From NCBI RefSeq assembly GCF_964355755.1, contig NC_092678.1, positions 20,167,365 to 20,231,364 on the forward strand: 64,000 nucleotides of DNA, read 5' to 3'. Made by a program: the position numbers and the translations under genes. The DNA is from Antedon mediterranea (Eukaryota > Animalia > Echinodermata). Every line of letters starts with the position of its first letter. Within the stretch, counting starts at the first letter, position 1. The notes beneath the pieces are model-generated. The model was not told the origin of the DNA and made no database searches. It saw only the letters and a program-made list of their open reading frames with translations. Positions 46,327 to 58,800 of this stretch are shown piece by piece.

Positions 46327-46814
46327 TTTTAAAGCGTGGTTCCCATTTTGACGCAACGCAACGACGCATGCGCAAATAATATGAGTTAGTCAATCAAAAG
46401 CGACAACGATGGTCACCTACGTCGTGATAGGTCATGCTCAGTCGGCCCGGCGAATAATGTTTTTGTTGCGTGTGCGTTTCCTCTTCATTGTATGGTGATA
46501 CGGCCTACATAAAATCAAATATTTCATTTCCACAAACACGTGTACAAAAAAATTTGAAACAAAGAAAGACCTATGACACAGCGGTGAACAAGGGTTATGC
46601 TGTTGACCATGATCGTATGATCTGTGGTTTAAAACTTTCAACTCTGCCACCTCAAATAAAACAGTACATTAATAAAAGAAACTTCCTTTACATATAGAGG
46701 GAGACGTAACTCTGTGACGTCATGTCACAATTATTATTTTAATAACTAGCTGTTACATGACGAATGAACTGTGTCCTGACTAGTAAGGCTGTTAACATAA
46801 TAGAACCGTGTATA

Positions 46815-49800
46815 ATGTGTTTTTCAAATTTCACTATTCTATTTGTACTAATATCTTGGATTATTCAATCTTCACTAATTTTATCGAGTCCAGTTCAATC
46901 TAAGGTAGGTAGGGTTCATAAATAAAGTTTAATTAAGTTTATATTTATTCAACCTATTGATTATTATGTTCTGGTTACAATATATGAAAGTGAGGAGAAT
47001 TTATTGAAGGAGTAACCTTTTAAGTTAATGACGTAGAACATTCCTGAAGTGTTAACGCTCCGAGTATACAAGTCTATTGTTTATATATAAAATGTTTTAT
47101 TATAAATTTCGCACAACATTGCTATATACCTCACGTATTCTTCACCAACGGTGAAGCAGAACGGACATAGTGAAATAAGCCTCCCTTTTAAAGAGTTGTA
47201 CACGACTTTTATAATAATATGAACACCTACCTTGAAGCAATTTTACATATTATGCGATGACATACGTAACAACGTAACAAATGTCACAGTTATTATTGAT
47301 TATCTGTGTCTGACTAACAACGCAACAATAGGTTTCAGTGTATGTGCTCTTTCGAGAAATAACAAGTATATATTTCAGTGTAAGACTAGGTTAAACAGAT
47401 ACTAAATGAATTTACTGGTCTATTTCACGTATTAGTCTGATCTATTAGATGTATAATAGTGAGTAGAAGTTATGAGAAATCCTTTTTTTCCACGTGGGAA
47501 TCGCCCACCTTTATTACAAATGTATTCTCATTTTAAATTATGAACGTATTCAATTACAAATCGATGTATAATATTCATAAAATGTCATTCTTAAAACGAT
47601 ATAGTTGACTACATATTTGGCATAAAGATAAATAGACTCTATGAAGATGAAGCTATAGGCCTCGAAGAACCGTTGATAATAAAATAATTATATATATTTT
47701 ATATTTAAAATGTTACTGTACAATTAATAATATTTTATTGAAACAGTTTTATGAAATAAAATCTAGGTAGGTGTTCAAAAATGCTAGTTTTTACATTTTT
47801 ACATTTTTTTGTCCGCTTTCATAAAATTGCATCCGTATTCATTTTGATTTCAATTCAAATGCAAACAAATTCCATATCATTTTATGTTTTTTTCGTATTT
47901 TATAATTTTTCCAGCATGATTTTATAATCAAGTGTGAGAAATTCTTAATTTATAATGGTGTCAATCAGATTGTTATGGTTTCCAAATCAACGCCATCTTC
48001 CATTCCTAGAAACCGTGTACCTATATAGCTCGAAGAATTCACCCTCAAAGTCACTAGCATTTTACTTGTTTACTGTAGATCTGTTATAATTGCTACTATC
48101 ATGTGTTGAAAGTTTACATAGCTATCTGTTCCTGCTTGTTATTGAAAACGTACTACTCTATTTGAACTAGTACACTTTTACCTGCCAATTGTTTATAATA
48201 ATTGATTTAACAACATTTTTAATTGTTTGTTAGTTCATTTTTATACTGGGTGACCTCTTCAGTCACAGACTGATCTCCCAGAGGGCCCAGTTGGTGATCA
48301 GTGGCTGTGATGTACTAATACACCGGGGTAACCCCCTACTCGTCTCGAAAGATGTACTAGGTTCTTTAAAGTGCACACGAGCTAGTTGTGTACACTGGAC
48401 CTACGGTTTATAGTCCTTATCCGAGAAGACTCGTTCTACCACCAGAACCATGGAGTGAGTGAGCCTCGAACCCTTGCCGATGTTATGGCTACGTAATTAC
48501 GGTTCCACTGTCTTAACCGCTCGGCCACTCACTCACTTAAGTATAGTATTTATTTATTTACCAGATGTCTAGAGCGCCCTTTTCATGAATACTGATGCTC
48601 AAAGGCGCTTCACATCATAAAGAAGACCAAACAAATTGTAGTAGAAAAATACAAGATTACAAAAAACAACTCTGTCTTCAATTATAACTGCATTTCATTA
48701 ATACAAATCTATTATTTCATTTGTATCGTAAAATAAGGTTATGACATAAATTCGTAAAATCCATGTATGGTTTTTAGAATTCGGAAGTAATCCACTACAA
48801 ATGACACAGTTTTTATGTTAAAAACGACTGAAAGGGAAGCCAACAACAGTACAAGGATCTCGTCACAGGATCCATTAAATCACCACAATAGTCGGTTATT
48901 TGTGCGCTAGACCTTATTCTGTGTGTTACTTTTTTTAAAGATTGAAATTTAATCAAGTTCAACGTTTTGTATATTATATCGTTACATAATTATATTATTG
49001 GTCAAAGGTCATAATAGATAAATTATAGTATTTTTTTTATATATAACTAAACTATATAAATTAATAAAATAAAGGCAAAATACTGAAAAATGAAAATGCA
49101 GTGGCTGGATCTCAATGGAGAAAAAAAAGCGAAAAGCTAAATCAACACTATAAAGTAAAACAGCCAGAAAATTTAGCAGAGCTTTCGGACAACACTAGCC
49201 CTTCATCAGTGCAAGTGAAGGTAGGCTACTTGGACAAGATAGATAGATATATAAGGCAAGCGCTGCCTGAGTGGACAGGAAAAAACGAAATAGAACAATT
49301 TAAGAGACATAAGGCTGGTGAATAGAGTAGTCCAGTCCCTAAGGGGAGAAAAAGGGGTGGGATGTTACCAGACTGGATACAATTTTTTCAATATAGCAGT
49401 TTGGTACAGTATAGTGTGGAGATGCCAAAACAAAGTTACTGGAAATCTGATTTGACCTCTGTGACCTCTGACCTCAATTTTTATATTTTTATATTATATA
49501 ACTAAAAATCACCATATCTTGACAACGCAGGGACATTTTACATTTATTTTTTTTTTCAAAATGCTTGGAAGATATATATTTATATTCGCTATAATGAAAA
49601 AAATTGTACGAAAATGGTCGCAACGGCTTTATTTTTCAGTTTGACCTTTGACCTTGATTGCCTAATATCTCAATAACACGCAATCTCAAAGATTTGAGAA
49701 TGGGCTCAAAATGTTAAGAAAATAAATCTAATATTTAGTCTAATAGAAACTTTTTTCAAAAAATTACCATAAATTAAGCTTTTTTGACCCTTGACCTCTA

Positions 49801-52800
49801 ATGTTTGAATATGTCAATATCTCGGTAACTATTTGTCCTAAAAAGTTCAGTTTGGTGTCAAATTGTTTAGAATATACACATTTATATTTGCTTTAACAAA
49901 ATATTTTGTCAGAATTCAATTGGAAATGTCATTTTGAGCTATGACCCATCGTTTTGCATATATTTAGCAATTAATAATCTATAAAAAGAGATCGAGAGAG
50001 GGGAGGGGGTTGGGGTGGATGGAGAGACACATATTTTGGTTACATGTTACACAAATGTTAAACTCTGTCTACACTATAACATTTTTATGCGACAAAAAAT
50101 GTGATGTGCCCATATATGGACACGATGAATGACATATGACTACCATATTTGGGCACATCACACCTTTTTTGTTAAACTAGTTTATAGTGTAGACAAACAT
50201 GTAAAAAATATGTGTCTCTCCATCAACCCAACCACCTCCCCCTCTCTCGCTTTTCCAATGCTACTGCATGCATCTATACACATCAAAATGGCCGGAATTG
50301 TACTGGAAAGTTTTTAGCTACATTTGAAAATAAGTCCCAGAGGAGGGGTGTATTGTAATGTTATCAGAATTATGGCAATTGTTTGTAATGGGAAAGTTTT
50401 AAAACTACATTTGAAATATTTGCTAATAATATCACATGCTATTAAAGATATACTTATTTTCCCCCTGACAAAAGTAATTTTGAAAAATATTTTTGTTGAA
50501 TATGCAATTTTAATGTCACACATAATAGTTTCACCAAAAATTGGATTGAAAAAAACTGATATAGTGCATACCCAGAAAAACTAATTCAAAGCAAAAAATA
50601 GGCTGGAAGTCAATGTGATTTTGGTTAAATTAACTGTTTATTTTGTCTTTAAAGTGATATTTACTCTATTTTTTAGATTAGCTCTTTGATTAAACACCTC
50701 TTTCAATGCAGTGAAGATCGCCTTGTCTTACTAATCTTCCTTAACTTCTCTTTGAACGATCGTAATCAATATTTGTTGAGGTATAATATTTCCTTCTAAT
50801 ATGGTAATGCCTGTTTTATTGAGTCAAATGCTTTCTGATAATCTCTAAATCAAAGATTTGGTGATATTCATTTCCTTTTTATTTTAGTTGATTGACAAAC
50901 TGTATAAGATGGTCCTACTGTATAAAGCCTTATATATTGGTTTATTTACTTCTAGTCGGTCTCTGATTTTGTTTTTTGATTACTTTTGTAAATTATTTGT
51001 GTACATGTGATAATGTTCGTTTGGTCGGTAATGGTTGATGTCAGTTTTGTCATGTTTTTGTGGATTAAAGTATAATTATCATTGCTTCTCTTAATTTCTT
51101 CTGGTTTCAAAGATTTTGTTGTATTGTGTTATGAGCTGGATGTGTTATTGCCTCATCAAGCCAAGATGGTAATTTTGACTGCTCACTGGTTTGTTTTCCT
51201 TTTATATTCCACTACAGTATGTTCTTGAAAAGAAATCAGCTTTGTAATTAATTTGTCTTTGATCCTTTTCAGATTTCTAATATTTTAAACATATGTTTTT
51301 CTTTTCTTCGCTTTTTCCTCACTGTTTCAAACATTTTATTTTTTCAGCATACTTCAAGCAATTAATTGATAATTAGGTCATTGTTTTATGAGTATCAAAT
51401 CGCATTGGTTAATTCTTCTTTTCTTTCTTTAAGATCCTGATTTTCTTTCTTTTTTTTAAATGTTATTTAACTTTAAGTTTATCTAATTTTTTGTTGATAT
51501 TAAGTGTTGCTCTTACGATGTAGGCCTACCATGCGATGGAATTATATATTGAAATTAAATTAAACATTAAGTTTTAAGAAAATTGTAAAAGGCTAAATAG
51601 GATATTGAATATAGTTCTGGTCCATTAAATCTATATTTTAGGTATATTATTATAAGTATGACACACGCACGCTTAACAGTATATCCTGGTCATACCTCAA
51701 ATTGGAATTTCCAGTAAAAATATGATAACATCTTCTATTAGAGCTAATATAAATGTTTACATTTTGAACATTTTGACACCAAGTTGAACTTTTTATGACA
51801 TTTGGTTACAGAGATACAGACATATTTAAACATTAAAGGTCAAAGGTCAGTAAATGACATTTCCTGTGGATTTGGAAGAACATGTTTAATTAGAGTATAT
51901 ATAAATATGTATGCTCTTAACAATTTGAAACAAATTTCAAGAAATTTTGACCAGTAGTTATTGAGATATAGTAAGCCAAGGTCAAAGGTCAAAACATTGA
52001 GAAATTACATTTCCGGTCGTTTTTTTAAAAAAAGTTCTATTAGAGCGAATATAAATATGTACCCTCTGATCTATTTGACACCAATATCATTTCAATTGTC
52101 AAACCCGTTGCGGAGATATGGCTGTTTAAGATACAAATATAAAAATTTAGGTCAGAGGTCACAGAGGTCAAATCAAATTTCCAGTAACTTTGTTTTGGTA
52201 TCTCCATATCATGTTCTATCAACATGCCAAAGGGCACACTTGTATCCACTATGGTAACATCATTTCCCCTTAGGGACTGGACTAGAGGGTGTAGATAGTA
52301 TTGGGTAGATATAAACAATTTTGGAACGACACTACAAAACAGAATATGGTGGTTAATATTGAAACTTAAATTTATGTAGTCAATTACCGATCTGGCAGTA
52401 TGTTCCTAATGTTAAGTTCAAAAGGTTTTGTGGTTTTAAGTTGTATTTCCCAGTGGTTTTCTTTTTCCTTTTGCGAGTTTTGTCTCTCCACTATCCATTG
52501 GTCTAAACTAAACTATATAGAGATAAATCTTATTCAGGACTTCCTCAGTTAGCGACGTTTCACGCCCTATCCCTCAGGGTCCACTGGATTACTAAATTTA
52601 TCTATTTCTAAACTTACTACTACCTGGAAAAATGACAATATATAGGCCTATCCGTAAACTAAACTATAGTTTTAAAATGCTGTATTTGACAGTATAGGTC
52701 TTCGTCAATCAATATAACAAGGGTGTACATGAGCCTAGTTGTTTCTGCTGCGAAATAAATTAATGAATGAATTATATTTCCAGAAACAGAATACATTTTC

Positions 52801-55800
52801 TATTAACCGGTTAAATGGCAGTTTGAAACGGAAACACTCAATCGAACGCCTTTTAACTTGTTACCGATGTTTTCCTACAATTAATTGTATATTCATATAT
52901 ATATAATACGTACGTGCGCGCTACTTGAGCTTGCCCAAGACTAGTGAGTCAAGGAGAAAGAAAGAAAATAAACCTTCACAACTTCTTTGAAAAAAAAAGC
53001 CACTATTGTCTATCTAAATGTTCTTGTTTAATGACTTGTTTTCTTTGTCATTTCTTTTTTTATCTATAGGCGAAAAGATCAGATGAAAAAGTCTGCGCAA
53101 ATCTTACATGCCCTCCTGGGCAGGGGTGCTGCACGGATAGATCATTAGATGTTTGTGACAATTTCGGGCCGTGTATTCCGTGTGGAGGTAATGATATTAA
53201 AGAATATCCTGTGAATTCAATAAAACATTAATTGTAGTATATACGGATGGTAATCTGTAATTTCAAGCTTCCCTCAGTCAACAAATCGAGAAATTATCGA
53301 AATCTATAGGCTGCCTCCTTCTGAATTTGGTGTAATTCACGCTGACGGTTGTTTAATAATTATAATATTCTCATTGTAGGCAGATTGCCCTTCGCTGCAT
53401 GGCTTAAAAAAGTGGATAAATTATTCACGAGACAATATATTATGGCCATAATATACAAATTGTTATGACAAAAACCCGGCCTCTGACAGGATTTTGAACC
53501 CGGAACAACCTAGGATCGTTAGCCTAGCATATAAATATGCCTATAGTTACAAAGCATCTCTAGTTACCTGGTAGCGTTTTAAATCATTAGAGGCCCGTGT
53601 GCATGACGTTCTGCATTTGCGAAAATGCTGTTGTAGGCCTATAGATTGTTGTTGCAACGGTTTGTTATGTTTGTTTCTTTATTAAATTTCCCACACACAT
53701 CAAATAATACAGTTGTACATTCTAATTAAACATAATTATACATTAGATTAAAAGAAAAATGTATGTGGATAGAGGTCAAATAACTTTAAGGCTGACCCCA
53801 TTTCAAATATTATTATACATATTATATTATTAATATTATAATATTATGTGATAAATAAAGATAAAAAAGAAGTAGAGAAAAGGATGAGTTAAAAGCCAAA
53901 ATAAATAAATAAGTAAACAGAGTAGTATTCGGATAGATATAGGCCCATGGGATAAAAAGCAAATATGCATATGGCAATATGTAAAATCAATAAAAATAAA
54001 AATATAATGAAAATATAATGGATAATACTAAATAGAAAGTTTTGAAAATGTTCTACTACGACTAAATGTTATCTCAAGAGTTACTGTGTCAGCATGTACT
54101 GTTCAACCTTATGGTGTAGGTATAATAAGAGCACTCTGAGATCACTGAAAGTATGTTATAACGTTTGCTGCTGAAGAAATTGTCAAGTCAAGAAATTGTA
54201 GTGCAAGCATGATGTTTGTCTTAAATGACGTCCCATCCTTTGATGAGTTCATTAGGAAGTTTTAAAAATCGCGTGAACGCAAGCAAGTAGTAATTAATTC
54301 TTTGATCATGGCCATTAATCGTTCTTAATGTGTCAAGAATGCACATACAATGGAATGCCTTGTTGCATTGACTTTATATATTTATACATTTTTGTTTTTG
54401 TTCTATATGAGCTCTTAGATTAAGATTTTTTCTTTTTTTTTCTCTATTTTGCGATGAATATATTATTTCACCATGATATTCGGAAATAAAAAGATGAATG
54501 AATGAATACATTATTTGAGATAAGGAAATACATAGGCAAAATAAATCAGATGGTGCATGTTAGGCAATTACTCACCATATGTATGAGGTTTCTTGATGTT
54601 ATCTATAATTTATATAAATTATGGTTAATACTGACATAGGCGAGCACAATGGAAAAACTTCGGTACAAATCTCCGCCTTGGATACCTACCTTGTCTATCT
54701 CCGATGTACCGCGAAACGTAGATTGGATAACATTAGTTTCCACTATTACGATATTGTTCCATATTTCTATCTTAGGAAGATATTATAAAGGGTTTTATAA
54801 CAACATTTTTGATTTCATCAGTATATTTTCAATTCAATTTCAATTGTACGCGGGGGTCGAAGTAATTTCCGGGTTCACGATAATATTTAAAATTAGCAAT
54901 GGATGGTTTGTTTTTCAATTCAATCGAAAGAGAATTCCAAAGTCTGGGACCAGCGAAACAGAATTACGTCTAATGGTTTGTTGTAAAAGCTTCGGTAACA
55001 TAATTATCAGCATGTCTAATATATGCTTGTCATATGATTTAACATATGAGGTGAAATAATTAAATTGGGAATATGATACATGAACAGAGCCGTTTTGGTG
55101 TTTATTAATATCGTAGATGTTCAAAACATTAAACTTAAAGAATTAAGGTTTGGTATGAGATGGAAATGATGAGCCATCACATATTCTCAAGGCTCTCTTT
55201 TGTAATTTGAACAGATTGTGCGGAGTGTATAAATTGTAACATAACTACAGCAATGCCAACATCAACACCAACACCATCGGAAATGTCCACAACGCCTGGT
55301 AAGTGTTTCAAACTGAGAAATTAATTGTCAAGTTGGTAACCAAAATAGCATTTCCCAAGAACGTTTAAACATTATTTCTTACTCAATCCTTATATATTAT
55401 CACTGTATAATTTTGGTTTAATTTTTTTTGTTTCTATGTTTTTTAACTACAGCAACGCCAACACCAACAACTTCGGGAAAGTCCCCAACGCCTGGTAAGT
55501 TTCAAATTAGGAAATTAATTGTCAAGTTGGTAATCATTAATTTCTAATATTTTGTTTCCCAAATATCAGCCATATCTCAAATATAATTTAAGGAATCCAC
55601 GCACAATTCATGTTCCATTTACCAAACTTACTAAGATTCAATTATTTATAAGTGTTGCTGGTTCTAAACTATGGAATGAGCTTGATGCAAACTTATTTAT
55701 ACAGTTTATAGAAATATTCTACTTTTTAAAAAGCATGTTAAACGTCACGTTTTATCTAAATAGAATTAATATTATTGGGTTTATAGTTTTTGCGCAAACA

Positions 55801-58800
55801 ATTCGTTTTATTAAATCTTCTTTTATTCATTCGCTGAATTGGTCAAACTTTTGAACTTCAAATTATTATTATATCATATTGTATCCGTCCCTGGGTCATT
55901 TTGAGACAAGGTCATTGAACTTCTAATTATGATCAAGACCGATAAGAACATTTCATTGTATCCAAATGTATTTGTTAACTTGAATTATTATTTATGTTGT
56001 TTTTATTATTGACAAATATATTTTTTTTTCCATTATATTATCTTCAAATTATTATTATCATTAATATTATGTTTATTATTGTTCAAATAAAGGTTACCCA
56101 ACAAAAATAACCAAAATAGCATTTCCCAAGAACGTTTAAAACATCATTTCTTACTCAATCATTATATTATCACTGTATAGCCTAATTTTGGTTTTATTGT
56201 TTTATTTCTATGTTTTCTTTTACAGCTGGTACCACTGGACTGTCAACAGCAAGTCAAACGTCAATGATAACATCCACATCTGTACCAAACATCGATAAAC
56301 AAAAGGAAGGTTCTTTATGGAAGAGTATATACCTTCTGCCGATAATTGGCGTCCCATGTAAGGCTATCTCTTTAACAAATTGTTCCCTGCCGTACAAGTT
56401 CAAGTTTAAAATCGTTTTTTTTGCAATCAATTAATTAACTGGATATTAATTTACGATCTATAGAAAAGTTATTAAAACATTAAGATAAACAAGTTACACC
56501 AAAACAGTTTTATAAATGAATACATTGTTGAGTCAATTTGGATATAATATATACAATATATAGAAATCAATAAAAAGTTTAAAACATTGGGTACAAAATG
56601 AGTAAAAACATGTTATAAAATGTATACATTTTTTGCCAAACCATTGAAATAGAAGAAGCAAGCTTTGAAATAAATTGTTCTATCATTGGTGGAAAACTCC
56701 AAAGTGGGTTTTGAATGTTGTTGCTCTCTCAGTCGTAACTTTCAGTGTGCCTTCATGTCCTGAGATTATACCAATGGACAGGGGCAGGGGTTAAGAGGTA
56801 GTTTAGTCCTAAAATACCTTTTACAGAGATATTTAATAGTAGGCCTAGTCGGTCTTTAAGCGAAGCGAAATCCAAGAGATAGGAGAGCCTCTTCATCAAT
56901 CCAGTTAAGAATTGTTCGCTTTATAATTCTTACTGTAATATGTATGAACCAGCAATAAATTATAACAACTGCCTTTCTTGCGTACAGTATTCAGCTCATG
57001 TTTGTTTGGTAAAATAATAGGCCTACGGTACCGAGCACAAGCTTTCTTTTGGCTTTGTTCTGTTGCCGTTGTATTGCATTGTTTTCTACTCTGTTCTGTT
57101 TTTAAATATTTTTGTAATATTTTATTTTAATTCATTCACAATTATAAAACTACCGATTACATGTACCTCCTTGGCGGAGGTAAATGAATGTCTTTTTCTT
57201 TTACAAAAGGTGAACTTTCTACTGTAAAATATGAATACAAATGCTTTATTTATTATGACTTCTAACTAATCCGGACAACTACATCATCACAGGTCTAAAA
57301 TAAGAAGTCAGTTTTAAAGTTGGTAAACAGTACAACAGTATTCGTTAATGTATTGAATTTTGATTTCTTTTTAAAGTGTTTGTCATCTTTGTTATTGGCT
57401 GTTTGAAAAAGATTTTGTGTTGTTGGACGAAGGAGTCACATGACTTTTGGGCGGATCATTTTCCATGTTGCTGTAAAAAATGTAAGTTTCTTATAGATTT
57501 AAAACAAAAATTGTTTATGAAATATGATATTTTATTTCGATTTATTATCAGGTATCTTTTAATCGTGAAGGATGGGAGGTAGTTATACAGATAACTAAAG
57601 TTATTAAGTATTTTAGATAAACATCTACATCATCTTCGACAGTCTTCCTTTCGTTGACCAATACATATTCACAATCGTTGCTGCAATAGACAGTTTTGAG
57701 AACATCAATTCAAAATCAATATAGAAAAAAAACATGTATACATTCATCTGTAGTTTGTCTGTGTGTTTTGATAGAACCAAAAAGTTGTATAATAATTATC
57801 AATATTTTGACTTTAGGCCAAAACCCCGAAAGTGAAGATGGAAATAAGGGTAATAAAAGACCTGCCAACTCAATGCTTAGCAATCTATCAGGTAATAGTA
57901 AAACAATTAAAATTGTAGATATCCTTTTATAAGTACCATTATCTGTGTATTGAAGTTTAACAAACCATTTTAACATAACACAAACTGACCATGGCATTTC
58001 CTCTGTGTAATGTAACAAGGCCATATACATATCTGCAGTCGCGTGCTCAAGTTAGTATTTGCCGACCGACCGACCAACCGACCCACCGTCATAGTGAACT
58101 GTAGAGTCGCGTTGTGTACGCGACTAAAAATATGCATTGGTAGTAACATAATGCTTTTATATATGATTCTTTTTTACACAGCTTAAATATTTGGTAATTT
58201 CTTTTACCGGTTGTTGCATATTTGTACATGCAAATGACGCATCAATGAATGGTAAAATAAGTATTTTTAAAATTAACTTGTAAAAAGTGCATGTATTGTT
58301 AAAAAAGTTGTATAATGATTAAAATGTAATCTTTTAAATTTCTAATTCTCTTACATTTAGCAAATGGTGATTCCGAACAACAATCTCTTGTAAATCCTAA
58401 TGTCAAAAAGCAGGATGATGGCAAATCAGTGAATTTAGCTGTAAAACAGGAGTCCGCAGAAGGTCCCATCGGCTGTTCTGATGATCTTACTGTCTCCTAT
58501 AAACGTAATATAATTTTTATAATATGAATACTGAATTTATATTAATCAATTTTCCATTTAAAATAGCTAAAAATGAATTGCAATTATATATTTACAATAA
58601 ATCAAATCTTTAACAAACATAAATTTAAATATCTACTCAACTTATTAATTGTAATATAAAAATGTATTATAATTTTAGGTGAAGATGAAAGAGCCCAAAT
58701 GGGTCAATATCCATCCAACACAGGTAAAACAGTTTGATTTTTAAAATAAAGTAAACAGGTTCATAAGGCCTATATATATATAATTGGCAAATTAGTGCTT

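Larger units (their letters stand above)
49328..52284. mobile_element. Academ-type non-autonomous DNA transposon
   Basis: TAG..CTA termini, 20-bp perfect TIR TAGTCCAGTCCCTAAGGGGA extending as long imperfect IRs; 3-bp TSD GAG. Confidence 0.75.
49059..52505 (-). mobile_element. Penelope-like fragment (split by an Academ) with a hammerhead motif at ~49172-49214
   Basis: CTGATGAAGGGC..GTCCGAAAGCTC; homologous to 62070-62250; flanking 14-bp repeat AACTAAACTATATA. Confidence 0.65.

Noticed and set aside
48440-48535. tRNA gene on the minus strand
   Set aside because: A/B boxes run into a SINE core and tail; no clean cloverleaf
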